Part shown: one piece after another, positions 19,940-30,033 of the stretch
Layout: the number at the start of each line of letters is the position of its first letter
Position numbering within the stretch: the first letter of the stretch is position 1
Source: Candidatus Magasanikiibacteriota bacterium
GTDB lineage: Bacteria > Patescibacteriota > Patescibacteriia > Magasanikbacterales > GWA2-37-8
Assembly (NCBI GenBank): GCA_963840935.1
Contig: CAWJAS010000001.1
Coordinates: forward strand, 128,875 to 192,874
Direction of reading: 5' to 3'
DNA length: 64,000 nt
Notes under the pieces: model-generated
What the model was told of the DNA's origin: nothing
Databases searched by the model: none
What the model saw: only the letters and a program-made list of their open reading frames with translations
Program-made: the position numbers and the translations under genes

Positions 19940-20458
19940 ATGAAAAAAATTATTTTATTCATTGCCCACGAAGGGTTTCAACCGGTTGAATATTTTGAAG
20001 CCAAAAAAGTTTTGGATTCCGCCGGTTTTGAGGTAATTACCGCAAGCGACAAGACCGGCCAAGCAATGCCTTCGGCCGGAACTGACTTTGTTGATGTTGA
20101 TTATGAAATTTGCGAGATCAAACCGGAAGATTATGACGGTTTGTTTATTATTGGAGGGCATGGGGCCATGGATTTTTTAAATACCGGCGAAGTTTATGAT
20201 TTATTCCAGTCTGCCGAAGAAAAAGGTAAGTTTGTGGGTGCTATTTGTATTGCCCCTCGGATTTTGGCCGAAGCCGGAATTTTGAAATCAAAAAAAGCCA
20301 CCGGTTGGGACGGCGACAATAAGCTGGGAGAGGTTTTGGCAAACGCGGGGGCTGAATATGTTCGCGTGCCGGTTGTTACAGACGGCAAATTAATTACCGC
20401 GGACGGCCCTTCGTCTGCGCGAGATTGGGGTTTGGCGATTGTAAAAGCGCTCAAATAA
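19940..20458 (+). CDS. DJ-1/PfpI family protein
   Basis: IIGGHG, AICIAP and ITADGP motifs. Confidence 0.92.
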   Translation: MKKIILFIAHEGFQPVEYFEAKKVLDSAGFEVITASDKTGQAMPSAGTDFVDVDYEICEIKPEDYDGLFIIGGHGAMDFLNTGEVYDLFQSAEEKGKFVGAICIAPRILAEAGILKSKKATGWDGDNKLGEVLANAGAEYVRVPVVTDGKLITADGPSSARDWGLAIVKALK

Positions 20459-20459
20459 T

Positions 20460-20705
20460 ATGTCTCCAAAATTGGTTTGGCTTTTAACAATAATCTTTAT
20501 ACTCGTTGGTGTTTATACAATTCTTACTTTTTATTCAAAAATTAACGGACCGCCGGTTATAAAGATATTCAATTGCCCCAGTTTTTCGCAAAAAGCGACA
20601 TGTCTTACGCAAGAAATGCTCAACAATGGGTTTCAAAAAATACTGCCTCAAAAAAACGAGGAATTGATAAAAAAGTTTTCACCGCAATCGAACAAAGAAA
20701 ATTAA
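20460..20705 (+). CDS. Small membrane-anchored hypothetical protein
   Basis: N-terminal TM, operon-like spacing, followed by a bidirectional terminator. Confidence 0.6.
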   Translation: MSPKLVWLLTIIFILVGVYTILTFYSKINGPPVIKIFNCPSFSQKATCLTQEMLNNGFQKILPQKNEELIKKFSPQSNKEN

Positions 20706-20734
20706 CCCCGTCACTTGTAACTGACGGGGTTTTT

Positions 20735-21721
20735 TTATCGTAATTTTTTCGGAAAGATATTTTTGTGTTTTTTGATGAATTTCTCAATTGTATTTTTATC
20801 CAATAAACCGTTTTGAGGGCCGTCCAACGCAATAACGCTCGTGCTGTTGGCAATGCCCCATGAGAGAGCCGTTCTCAAATCATGGCCCATATTTCTTGCC
20901 GCCAAATATCCGGCAGAAAAAGCGTCACCCGCTCCGGTTTTTGAAATCACTTTTGTTGGAAGCACATCCATGCGCCAAATTTCATCTTCATCTCCGGTAT
21001 ATGCTCCGCGTTCAGCGTCTGTGATGGCCACTTCCCGCGCGCCAAGGACCAAAAGTTTATTGATTAAAGCCTCAATTGATTTTTCTTTTTCCAAAGTGGT
21101 ATTCAAAATAATTTCCGCTTCTTCCAAGTTGAGGATAAGCAAATCAACAAGCGGAATAATTTCACGGACTTCTTTGATGGATTTTTTTAATTGGAACGAA
21201 CCGGGGTTAAAAGCCAATTTGATGGTTGGATGACGAGAAATTTCCACCATTAATTTTTCTTGAAACGGTTGGAATCCTTCACTTAAGCTCGAGTAATATA
21301 TCCACGATGTTGCCGGTAATTTTGTCGGCAGTTTGTAATTTCTTTTTTCGTGATATGACAAAATCGTTCTTTCACTTTTAAAATTTAAAACGATTGAATA
21401 GCGTGTTTTTGTTTTATTATCAAAATGCAATAAAGATGTGTCAACATTATTTTTTTTGAGTTCATTTTGAATCATGCGTCCGTTAGAATCACTGCCTAAA
21501 GTGCTGATAATGGCGGTATTTAATCCCAGTTTTGCCAAACCGCAGGCCGTATTTGCCGCATTGCCACCAAGTGCTTGGAAGGTATCGGTAATTGGAATTT
21601 TGCTGGCATAATCAAGGCATAATTTGCATGCCCGGCTATCCACATCGCAATCCACCGATGCATTATCGATATTAACATGAGTATCGATTACCGCATCTCC
21701 GATTGTGATTACATCAAACAT
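20735..21721 (-). CDS. PfkB family carbohydrate kinase
   Basis: GGNAANTA and TGAGDAF motifs. Confidence 0.92.
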   Translation of the reverse strand: MFDVITIGDAVIDTHVNIDNASVDCDVDSRACKLCLDYASKIPITDTFQALGGNAANTACGLAKLGLNTAIISTLGSDSNGRMIQNELKKNNVDTSLLHFDNKTKTRYSIVLNFKSERTILSYHEKRNYKLPTKLPATSWIYYSSLSEGFQPFQEKLMVEISRHPTIKLAFNPGSFQLKKSIKEVREIIPLVDLLILNLEEAEIILNTTLEKEKSIEALINKLLVLGAREVAITDAERGAYTGDEDEIWRMDVLPTKVISKTGAGDAFSAGYLAARNMGHDLRTALSWGIANSTSVIALDGPQNGLLDKNTIEKFIKKHKNIFPKKLR

Positions 21722-21757
21722 ATATTTATTTTAAAAATCAAAATTCGCGGATTTGAA

Positions 21758-22039
21758 TTATTCAGCGCTTTTTCTTTTGTGAAGCATTATTTCAACCAGT
21801 TCCACGGCGCTGGCTACAAAAAAACCGGTCATAGCGATGGAAAAAATCGCGTTTCCAATCCAAAGCGCATAAACCAAAAGACATGCCGAACCGACAACAA
21901 ATACGGCATCTTGCCTTTTTTCCGCTTCCAAAAAAATTCCATAAGTTAAAAGAATAGCGCCAAGTCCGGCCACTATGTTTAAAATTATTTCCATCGCAGT
22001 CCACGGCAATGTTGGTAAAAAATTAGATAGTGGTTCCAT
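21758..22039 (-). CDS. Small membrane protein
   Basis: Three hydrophobic segments, operon-like spacing. Confidence 0.7.
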   Translation of the reverse strand: MEPLSNFLPTLPWTAMEIILNIVAGLGAILLTYGIFLEAEKRQDAVFVVGSACLLVYALWIGNAIFSIAMTGFFVASAVELVEIMLHKRKSAE

Positions 22040-22040
22040 A

Positions 22041-22982
22041 TTATTTTAGTTTATTGATATATTCAATTGAAGCAAGCGCCGCGACAATTCCTTGCCCGGT
22101 GGCGATGCCGATTTGTTTGTAGGGAATATTTGTTACGTCACCGGCGGCGAAAATTCCCGGAATTGATGTTTGGCATTTTTGATCCACAATAATTTGCCCG
22201 AATTTGTCTTTTTCCGCTTCATTCAAAAGCGCTGAATTGGGCACCATACCAATGTGAACCATAACTCCATCAATCGCGATTTCTTGTTCACCTGATGCGT
22301 CGCGATATCGCAGGCCTTTTACATTATTTTCACCGAATATTTCATAGGTTTTTGCTTCATATATAACTTCAATATTTGGCGCGGATTTGATTTTATCGAT
22401 TAAGACATTTTCCCCGGTAGGGAAGCCGTGATTTTTTTCTTCGGTGTTTGGTTCAATGGTTAAAAGATAAACTTTTTTGGCAATTCCCGCCATCATAATG
22501 GCTGATTCTAAAGCGCTGTTGCCACCGCCGACCACAGCCACGGTTTTGTTTTTGTATAATGGGCCGTCGCAAACAGTGCAATAGGTTACTCCTTTGCGGT
22601 CAAATTCTTCTTCGCCCGGAATACCCAGTTTTCTTGGATGAATGCCTGTAGCCACAATTATCGACTTGGCTTGGTATATATTTTCTTCATTTTTTGCGTT
22701 ATTAGCGGTGATTTCAAAAAAATTATTAGCTTTTTTAATATTCGTTACCCGCCAACCTTCGTTAATTTTTACGTCAAATGAGCGAACATGGTCGGCAAAA
22801 TTTTGCGCCAATTCAAAACCGTGAATTTTTTTGATTCCCGGCCAATTTTCCACTTCACCGGATAACGCTACTTCACCGCCGATGTTATCGGTGACTATTT
22901 CAAAGCTCAGTTTTCTTCTGGCTGCGTAAATCGCCGAGCTACATCCGGCTGCTGACGCGCCGACTATTAATAAATCAAGCAT
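22041..22982 (-). CDS. trxB: Thioredoxin reductase
   Basis: CTVCDG, GGGNSA and FAAGD motifs. Confidence 0.92.
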   Translation of the reverse strand: MLDLLIVGASAAGCSSAIYAARRKLSFEIVTDNIGGEVALSGEVENWPGIKKIHGFELAQNFADHVRSFDVKINEGWRVTNIKKANNFFEITANNAKNEENIYQAKSIIVATGIHPRKLGIPGEEEFDRKGVTYCTVCDGPLYKNKTVAVVGGGNSALESAIMMAGIAKKVYLLTIEPNTEEKNHGFPTGENVLIDKIKSAPNIEVIYEAKTYEIFGENNVKGLRYRDASGEQEIAIDGVMVHIGMVPNSALLNEAEKDKFGQIIVDQKCQTSIPGIFAAGDVTNIPYKQIGIATGQGIVAALASIEYINKLK

Positions 22983-23023
22983 AATAATACAATTTTTAAT
23001 CTGTCGCTCACGAGCGACGGGTT

Positions 23024-23659
23024 TTAATTTTTTATTAATTTATCTCGTGCTATTTTTATATCATCCGCCATAGTCAAATAACTGCCAACACAAAATATTT
23101 CCACTCCCCATGATTTTATTTCGGCGATATTACCGGCATTGATTCCGCCATCAACGGCGATAAGCGGGCGCGGGTCTAATTTGGCGAATTCTTTGATTTT
23201 CTCGCCAACTTCAGGCAAAAAAGGTGAGCCTTGTTTGCCCGGATTAACCGTCAAAAATAAAATCTCGTTAATTTTTTCAAGATAGGGTAGTATTTTTTTG
23301 ATAGGAGTTTCAGGATTAATGGCTATTCCCACCTGCCAACATTTTCCACGGGCAAAATTTATTATTTGGCCGGGGTCATCATCGGATTCAATGTGAAAAA
23401 TAATTTTTTTTATATTTTTTATATTCGTCCATTTTTCCAGTTCCGCCAAAGGATATTTAACCATTAAATGAAGCTCCAAATCAGGCAAGTTTTCGATTTC
23501 ATTTATTTTTTCAATTTCTTCAAACGATTTATTGGGCACAAATTTTCCATCCATCACATCAATTTGCGCCAAATCAAAAATTCCTTCCAAACGGTTAATT
23601 TGTTCTTTAAATTGTTCAAATGTCGGGACAAGAATGGCGGGAATTATTTTTGTATTCAT
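23024..23659 (-). CDS. rpe: Ribulose-phosphate 3-epimerase
   Basis: IDVMDGKFVPN, HLMV and VDGGI motifs. Confidence 0.92.
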   Translation of the reverse strand: MNTKIIPAILVPTFEQFKEQINRLEGIFDLAQIDVMDGKFVPNKSFEEIEKINEIENLPDLELHLMVKYPLAELEKWTNIKNIKKIIFHIESDDDPGQIINFARGKCWQVGIAINPETPIKKILPYLEKINEILFLTVNPGKQGSPFLPEVGEKIKEFAKLDPRPLIAVDGGINAGNIAEIKSWGVEIFCVGSYLTMADDIKIARDKLIKN

Positions 23660-23663
23660 ACCA

Positions 23664-24107
23664 TTATTTTTCCAATTCAGCAATTTTTTCATTTCGCCTG
23701 ATAAAACGAACTTCGTTTTTAAATTCAGTTTCAAGGAATTTTTTTGTAATCGCTTCGGCGTGGTCTTTGGAGAGAATTCGTCCGGCAAGGCAAAGCACAT
23801 TCGCATCATTATGTTGCCGACCGAATTCGGCACCGGAAATACTGTAGCCGATTATCGCTCTGATTCCTTTGATTTTATTGGCTGTTATGCACATGCCGTG
23901 CCCAGATCCACAGATTAAAATTCCTTTTGATTTTGTGTCTGAAGCGACTTTTTGCGCTAGTTTAACCGCATAATCCACAAAATCATCGTCTTTGTCATAT
24001 TCTTTTGGCCCCAGGTCAGTGGTTTCAAGACCTAATTTTTTGGCCAAAAAATCAACTAATTCTTTTTTTAACTGATATCCAGCGTGGTCTGCGGAAATAT
24101 ATATCAT
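23664..24107 (-). CDS. rpiB: Ribose-5-phosphate isomerase B
   Basis: ADHAG, CGSGHG and HNDANVL motifs. Confidence 0.95.
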   Translation of the reverse strand: MIYISADHAGYQLKKELVDFLAKKLGLETTDLGPKEYDKDDDFVDYAVKLAQKVASDTKSKGILICGSGHGMCITANKIKGIRAIIGYSISGAEFGRQHNDANVLCLAGRILSKDHAEAITKKFLETEFKNEVRFIRRNEKIAELEK

Positions 24108-24183
24108 ATATATAGACTTTAAGTATGGCTATATTATACATTAAAGCGCGCAATTATTGAAATAGTCGTATTTTTGTCTTTCA

Positions 24184-24212
24184 TTGACAAAAAGTCGTAA
24201 ATAAATTAGAAT
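24184..24212 (+). promoter_or_regulatory. Sigma70 promoter of ileS
   Basis: TTGACA-17 bp-TAGAAT. Confidence 0.8.
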
Positions 24213-24229
24213 AAAGCAATAATAATAAA

Positions 24230-24400
24230 GGCGTTTGACCTGTAATCAACAGGAAGCCGGAAGAAGAAACTTCGCTCGCGCGAGGGAGTAGAACTTCCCG
24301 GGTAAGCCCGTAAAAGCCGTGATTAAGTTAAAGCCGAAGATGGTACCGTCCCGACCTTGCGTCGCGGACTCTTGGCACGCTGAAATAGCGTGTTTTATTT
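24230..24400 (+). ncRNA. T-box riboswitch (Ile, ultra-short Stem I)
   Basis: cctgt-aATCa-acagg Stem I with Ile specifier; Stem II with agta/gaa; antiterminator aaga-TGGTACC-gtcc...ggac-tctt. Confidence 0.85.
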
Positions 24401-24421
24401 TTTAATAATTATATATAAATT

Positions 24422-27364
24422 ATGTTTAACGCCAACAAAGAAGAAAATGAGATACTCAAGTATTGGGATGAGCATAAATGTTTTGAAAAATCAGTTTCCG
24501 AACGTTCGGAAGACAAGGAGTATTCTTTTTATGACGGCCCGCCTTTTGCCACAGGCACCCCGCACTATGGCCATATCGTCGCCTCCCTTATGAAAGACAT
24601 TGTTCCGCGGTATTTTACCATGCGCGGGTTTAGAGTTGAGCGCCGTTGGGGTTGGGATTGCCACGGTTTGCCGGTTGAAAATATTATCGAAAGAGATTTG
24701 CGGTTAAAAAATAAAAAAGATATTGAGAATTTTGGAATTGATAAGTTTAATGAGGCTTGCCGGTCAACGGTCATGACTTATGCGAGTGAGTGGAAAAGTA
24801 CTATCAGGCGTATGGGGCGCTGGGTTGATATGGAAAATGATTATAAAACCATGGATTTGTCTTTTATGGAAAGTGTTTGGTGGGTATTCAATGAACTTTG
24901 GAAAAATAACTTGGTTTACAAAGGATACAAGCCGATGCATATCTGCCCAAGGTGCGAAACTCCTTTATCGAATTTTGAAGTTACTTTGGAATACAAAAAT
25001 GTTGAGGATATTTCCGCGATAGCCAAATTTAAATTAAAGGAACCGGAGAAAATAAAAGTATTTGGTGATATAAAAGACAAGGCGGTTTTTGCGCTTGCTT
25101 GGACAACAACGCCGTGGACATTGCCCGGCAATGTGTTGCTTGCAGTTAATGATCGGGTGGATTATGCGCTTGTGGAAATTGAAGGTGAGAATGATTTATA
25201 TATTTTGGGGCTTGAACGAGTAGAGGAAATTATTAAAGATCGAAAAGTTAAAGTGTTAAAAGAATTTTTGGGACGCGATTTGATTGGGATAAATTACGAG
25301 CCATTATTCCCGTATTTTGCGCAAATACCGAATGCGTTTCATATTACCGTGGCGGATTTTGTGACAGTTGAAGACGGTACCGGCGTGGTGCATATTGCAC
25401 CGGCGTTCGGTCAAGAGGACTTTATGGTGGGTGAGCGCGAGGGTTTGCCTTTGGTTCAGCATGTGAATATGGATGGCAGGTTTACGGCGGAAGTGGTTGA
25501 TTTTGCAGGTATGGAGGTTAAACCAAAAGAAAATACAATGGAAACGGACGAGAAAGTCGTTGCTTGGCTTCGTGAAAACAAAAAACTATTTGCCGAAGAA
25601 AAAGTACTTCATAGTTATCCGCATTGTTGGCGTTGTGATACTCCGCTTTTAAATTACGCCACCGCCAGTTGGTTTGTTAAAGTAACTGATTTTAAAGATG
25701 ATTTGTTAAAAAACAATCAACTGACACATTGGGTTCCGGACCATATGAAAGAAGGGCGTTTTGGTCAATGGCTTGAAGGAGCGCGCGATTGGGCGATATC
25801 TCGCAATCGTTTTTGGGGTACGCCATTACCGATTTGGGTTTCGGATGACGGTGATTACATCTGCGTCGGTTCGGTTGAAGAATTAGAAAAATTATCCGGT
25901 GAAAAAGTTTCTGATTTGCACAAGCATAATGTTGATAAAATTATTTTTCAAAAAGACGGCAAAGAGTATCGTCGTATTCCCGAAGTATTGGATTGTTGGT
26001 TTGAATCAGGCTCAATGCCTTATGCACAAATGCATTATCCGTTTGAAAATAAAGAAAAATTTGAAAGAAATTTTCCGGCTGAATTTATTGCCGAAGGACA
26101 AGATCAAACTCGAGGTTGGTTTTATACCCTTCATGTTTTAGCAACCGCTTTGACTCGCTTGCCGAATTCTTCCATACCGGTCGCGCACGGTGAGCCGGCT
26201 TTCAAACACTGCGTTGTTAATGGTATTGTGCTTGCCGAAGACGGCAAAAAAATGGCTAAAAAATTAAAGAATTATCCGGACCCCGATGTATTGCTTGAAA
26301 AATACGGCGCTGACGCTTTGCGTTATTATTTGGCCACATCTCCGGTTATGGAAGCGGAAAATTTAAATTTTTCGGAAATCGGAGTTAAAGAATCATATAA
26401 TAAATTAATAAATATTTTGTGGAATGTGGTTGAATTTTACAAATTGTATTCCATAGAAAACGAGGGCGATGAATTTAACGGACAGCCGAAGAATTTACTC
26501 GATAAGTGGATATTGGCGAAGTTGAATGACTTGATTAACACAGTTACCGAAAATATGGAAGGTTATCGCCTGATTGCCGCGAGCAGGCCGATTCAGGATT
26601 TTGTGACAGAATTATCGCAGTGGTATGTGCGTCGTTCCCGTGATAGGTTCAAAATTGGAGAAGCTGATGACAAGCGCGAGGCCTTATCGGTTTTGCGCCA
26701 TACTCTTTTGACCCTCGCCAAAGTAATGGCACCGTTCACCCCTTTTATCGCCGAAAAAATTTATTTGGAATTGGGTGGAAAAGAAGAGAGTGTCCATTTG
26801 GATTTGTGGCCCGAAGCAAAGAAAGAGTTGATCGACAGTTCCATTATCACAGAAATGACTGAAGCAAGAAAAATAGTGGAAATGGGGTTGTCGGCCAGAG
26901 CGGAAAAGGGAATTAAAGTTCGTCAACCGCTCGGGCGAATTGCAATATCCGGTCTTGAGAAAATGTCTGATGCTCTGAAAGAAATAATTGCCGATGAGCT
27001 GAATATTAAAGAGTTGACCTTGGAAGAAAATTTACCCACAGGCGATAATTGGGCGATTAAAGAAGAGGCTAAAATTAAAATTGCGCTCGATATTCAAATT
27101 AATGATGAACTGAAAAAAGAAGGTGTTTCTCGAGAGTTGGTAAGAACTATAAATCAAATGCGTAAAGAGCAAAAATTAACGGTTAATGATAAAGTTGATT
27201 TGATTTATAAAACCGAGAGCGAACAAATTAAACAGGTTTTTTCTGAATATGGAGAAAAAATCAAAACAAGCGTAGCCGCATTGTCTATTATCGAAGGCGA
27301 AGCGTCGGGTGTTGAATTGGAAATTGAAGGGAATAAGGTTATAATACAAATAATGAAAAAATAA
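24422..27364 (+). CDS. ileS: Isoleucyl-tRNA synthetase (type 2-like)
   Basis: DGPPFATGTPHYGH, GWDCHGLP, WTTTPWTLP and KMAK motifs. Confidence 0.97.
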   Translation: MFNANKEENEILKYWDEHKCFEKSVSERSEDKEYSFYDGPPFATGTPHYGHIVASLMKDIVPRYFTMRGFRVERRWGWDCHGLPVENIIERDLRLKNKKDIENFGIDKFNEACRSTVMTYASEWKSTIRRMGRWVDMENDYKTMDLSFMESVWWVFNELWKNNLVYKGYKPMHICPRCETPLSNFEVTLEYKNVEDISAIAKFKLKEPEKIKVFGDIKDKAVFALAWTTTPWTLPGNVLLAVNDRVDYALVEIEGENDLYILGLERVEEIIKDRKVKVLKEFLGRDLIGINYEPLFPYFAQIPNAFHITVADFVTVEDGTGVVHIAPAFGQEDFMVGEREGLPLVQHVNMDGRFTAEVVDFAGMEVKPKENTMETDEKVVAWLRENKKLFAEEKVLHSYPHCWRCDTPLLNYATASWFVKVTDFKDDLLKNNQLTHWVPDHMKEGRFGQWLEGARDWAISRNRFWGTPLPIWVSDDGDYICVGSVEELEKLSGEKVSDLHKHNVDKIIFQKDGKEYRRIPEVLDCWFESGSMPYAQMHYPFENKEKFERNFPAEFIAEGQDQTRGWFYTLHVLATALTRLPNSSIPVAHGEPAFKHCVVNGIVLAEDGKKMAKKLKNYPDPDVLLEKYGADALRYYLATSPVMEAENLNFSEIGVKESYNKLINILWNVVEFYKLYSIENEGDEFNGQPKNLLDKWILAKLNDLINTVTENMEGYRLIAASRPIQDFVTELSQWYVRRSRDRFKIGEADDKREALSVLRHTLLTLAKVMAPFTPFIAEKIYLELGGKEESVHLDLWPEAKKELIDSSIITEMTEARKIVEMGLSARAEKGIKVRQPLGRIAISGLEKMSDALKEIIADELNIKELTLEENLPTGDNWAIKEEAKIKIALDIQINDELKKEGVSRELVRTINQMRKEQKLTVNDKVDLIYKTESEQIKQVFSEYGEKIKTSVAALSIIEGEASGVELEIEGNKVIIQIMKK

Positions 27365-27365
27365 T

Positions 27366-28340
27366 ATGATGACAATCGGACAAATTTATGATTTGGGTTT
27401 GAAAATGGCCATAAACGCGGATCCGCGCGGTGTTTTGGGGGTAAAAAAATATCTTGGACGAGCAAGAAAAGACTATGAATCTCTCAAAAACGATGAAAAA
27501 GAATTTTTTGATGTGGAAACGGTAAAAAATCCGTATTCCGACAGCCGAGTTCATTTGGGAGAAAATAAAAATAAAGTGAAACGCGTGCTTGCCGGAATTG
27601 ATATTGGGTCGGCCGAAATTTTGCTTGCCAGTCAATTAGGTGAACGAGGCAAGCAAATTAATTTGGTCATTGCGCACCATCCGATTGGAAAATCATTGGC
27701 TGATTTGCACGGAGTGCTTGATATGGCTATTGATGTTTATGAAAGCTATGGCGTGCCGGTTCATTTGGCCGAAAAATTAATGGATGAGAGAACCAAAGAA
27801 GTGGGCAGGAGTTTGCATCCAAGCAACCATTTTCAGATTATTGATTTGGCGCGTCTGCTTAATGTTGATTTGATGAATACGCATACTTTTACCGACAATT
27901 TGGTTAATAAATATTTGAATGATTTTATTACCACCAAAAAACCGGAAACAGTCGGCGACTTGATAAAATTATTAAATCAGATTCCCGAGTATTCGGAAGG
28001 TAGAAGACGCGGAGCCGGCCCCAAAATTTTTGCCGGTTCGCCAAAAAACCGTTTGGGCAAATGCATGCTTGAAATGACCGGCGGAACCAATCCTTCAAAC
28101 GAAGTTTACCAGGAATTGTCGCGCGCCGGAGTGAGTACAATTGTTGGCATGCACATGAAAGACGATGCCATGAAAAAAGCTAATGAATTCCATATGAATG
28201 TGGTTATCGCCGGTCATATTTCGTCGGATTCGCTCGGTATGAATTTGTTTTTGGATGAACTGGAAAAGGGCGGAGTGGAAGTGATTACTTGTGGCGGATT
28301 AATAAGAGTCAGTCGGGCTAAAAAATCAACAAAAAAATAA
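27366..28340 (+). CDS. NIF3/NGG1p-interacting-factor-like protein
   Basis: AHHP and AGHISSDSLGMN motifs. Confidence 0.75.
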   Translation: MMTIGQIYDLGLKMAINADPRGVLGVKKYLGRARKDYESLKNDEKEFFDVETVKNPYSDSRVHLGENKNKVKRVLAGIDIGSAEILLASQLGERGKQINLVIAHHPIGKSLADLHGVLDMAIDVYESYGVPVHLAEKLMDERTKEVGRSLHPSNHFQIIDLARLLNVDLMNTHTFTDNLVNKYLNDFITTKKPETVGDLIKLLNQIPEYSEGRRRGAGPKIFAGSPKNRLGKCMLEMTGGTNPSNEVYQELSRAGVSTIVGMHMKDDAMKKANEFHMNVVIAGHISSDSLGMNLFLDELEKGGVEVITCGGLIRVSRAKKSTKK

Positions 28341-28351
28341 TCCTGATAAAT

Positions 28352-28921
28352 ATGATTGCAATTATTACGGGCAAAATTATTTCAAATAACGGACCGGAAA
28401 TAGTGGTAATGACTTCGGGCGGAGTCGGTTACAAAATTTTTGTTAATCCGGCAAAAAGCGACCGTTGGGCAATTGGCGCGGAAGCTCAAATTTTTACATA
28501 TTTGGCGGTGCGCGAAGATGCCATGGATTTGTTCGGTTTTGGCGCGGAAAACGAACGCCAATTATTTTTAAAATTGTTGTCAGTCAGCGGAATCGGCCCC
28601 AAAAGCGCTTTGCATGTTTTGTCTTTGGGGGAGGTAGACGAAATTAACTCCGCCATTGCCAGAGGGGACGCCGATTATATGACAAAAGTGAGCGGAATCG
28701 GGCGCAAAACCGCCGAAAGAATTGTGGTGGAATTAAAATCAAAGATGATAAGTATCGGCACTGTTCTTGGCGAAACCAGTGGCAAGATGGCTGAAGTGAT
28801 TGAGGGACTTATTGCCCTTGGCTATTCGGCGTCAGACGCGCGCGAAGCGGTTAAGGATTTATCTGAAGATTTGCCACCGGAATTAATCATCAGAGAGGCC
28901 TTAAAAAAATTTAGAAAATAA
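28352..28921 (+). CDS. ruvA: Holliday junction helicase subunit A
   Basis: VSGIGPKSA and GIGRKTAERIVVELK motifs. Confidence 0.96.
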   Translation: MIAIITGKIISNNGPEIVVMTSGGVGYKIFVNPAKSDRWAIGAEAQIFTYLAVREDAMDLFGFGAENERQLFLKLLSVSGIGPKSALHVLSLGEVDEINSAIARGDADYMTKVSGIGRKTAERIVVELKSKMISIGTVLGETSGKMAEVIEGLIALGYSASDAREAVKDLSEDLPPELIIREALKKFRK

Positions 28922-28922
28922 A

Positions 28923-29678
28923 ATGCTTTCAAAAAATAAAATTAAAATCATTAATTCTCTGGCCAACAAAAAACACAGAGATGAGTTTGGTTTGTTTGTG
29001 GCAGAGGGTGAAAAAATCGTTGGCGAATTACTGGATTCTCATTTTCAAATTGAGGAGATTTTTTGTTTGCCCGAGTGGAAGCAAAAAAATCCAAAAGCAA
29101 AAAATGTTGTTGAAATAAGCGAAGGCGAATTAAAAAAAATTAGCTCAATGAGCGCGCCAAATCAAGTTCTGGCTTTGGTAAAGATTCCCAAATATGATTT
29201 GGGTTATGATGAATTGACCGATAGTTTAATTTTGGGGCTTGATGATGTGCAAGACCCGGGGAACTTGGGGACAATTGTGAGAACGGCTGATTGGTTTGGT
29301 ATAAAAGATATTATTTGCAGTAAAAAATCCGTTGATATATATAATTCAAAAACAATTCAGGCAACCATGGGCGCTTTTTGTCGGGCGAGAGTACATTATG
29401 TTGATTTGATGGAATTCATAAAAAAAATAAAAAAGCTGAAAAAGGATTTTTTGGTCTATGGCACATTTATGAAGGGTGCCAATATTTATGAAGAAAAATT
29501 AAACAAAAACGGCATGATTTTGTTTGGCAATGAATCATCGGGTCTTTCGCGCCAAATTGAAGAGGTTGTCGATAAAAAATTGTTTATTCCGGATTACCCC
29601 GCGGGGAACCAATCTTCTTCGTTGAATGTGGCCGTCGCTACCGCAATTGTCTGTTCGGAATTTAGGCGAAGAATGTAA
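28923..29678 (+). CDS. TrmH family RNA methyltransferase
   Basis: QDPGNLGTIVRTADWFG and SLNVAVA motifs. Confidence 0.92.
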   Translation: MLSKNKIKIINSLANKKHRDEFGLFVAEGEKIVGELLDSHFQIEEIFCLPEWKQKNPKAKNVVEISEGELKKISSMSAPNQVLALVKIPKYDLGYDELTDSLILGLDDVQDPGNLGTIVRTADWFGIKDIICSKKSVDIYNSKTIQATMGAFCRARVHYVDLMEFIKKIKKLKKDFLVYGTFMKGANIYEEKLNKNGMILFGNESSGLSRQIEEVVDKKLFIPDYPAGNQSSSLNVAVATAIVCSEFRRRM

Positions 29679-29734
29679 AAATTGTTAAAATAAGGCAATT
29701 TTTTTTAAAAATCCCACATTTTGTGGGATTTATT

Positions 29735-30031
29735 TTATTTGGCTTGTTTTATGTCTTCGGGTGCTTTCTTTTTAAACAAATTTTTTGTCATGGCCACAAC
29801 CCAATCGAGATGCAGAATGTAGTGAATAATCGCTAGAATAATAAAGCTTAATCCGGCCCAATTATGCAAAGTAGACCATGTATGTTTTGTGATTCCAAGG
29901 ACTTCCTGGTAACCACCTTGTCTAACTCCGCTTGGTAGAAAGAAAAAAATAATGATTGCGGTAAAAGAAGTTATAATAATGGAAATTAAAAGTATGATAT
30001 CTAACCAATAATTTATTTTTGTTTTGTTCAT
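29735..30031 (-). CDS. DUF4405-like membrane protein
   Basis: W..LH.WAG...HYILH.DW pattern. Confidence 0.7.
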   Translation of the reverse strand: MNKTKINYWLDIILLISIIITSFTAIIIFFFLPSGVRQGGYQEVLGITKHTWSTLHNWAGLSFIILAIIHYILHLDWVVAMTKNLFKKKAPEDIKQAK

Positions 30032-30033
30032 AA

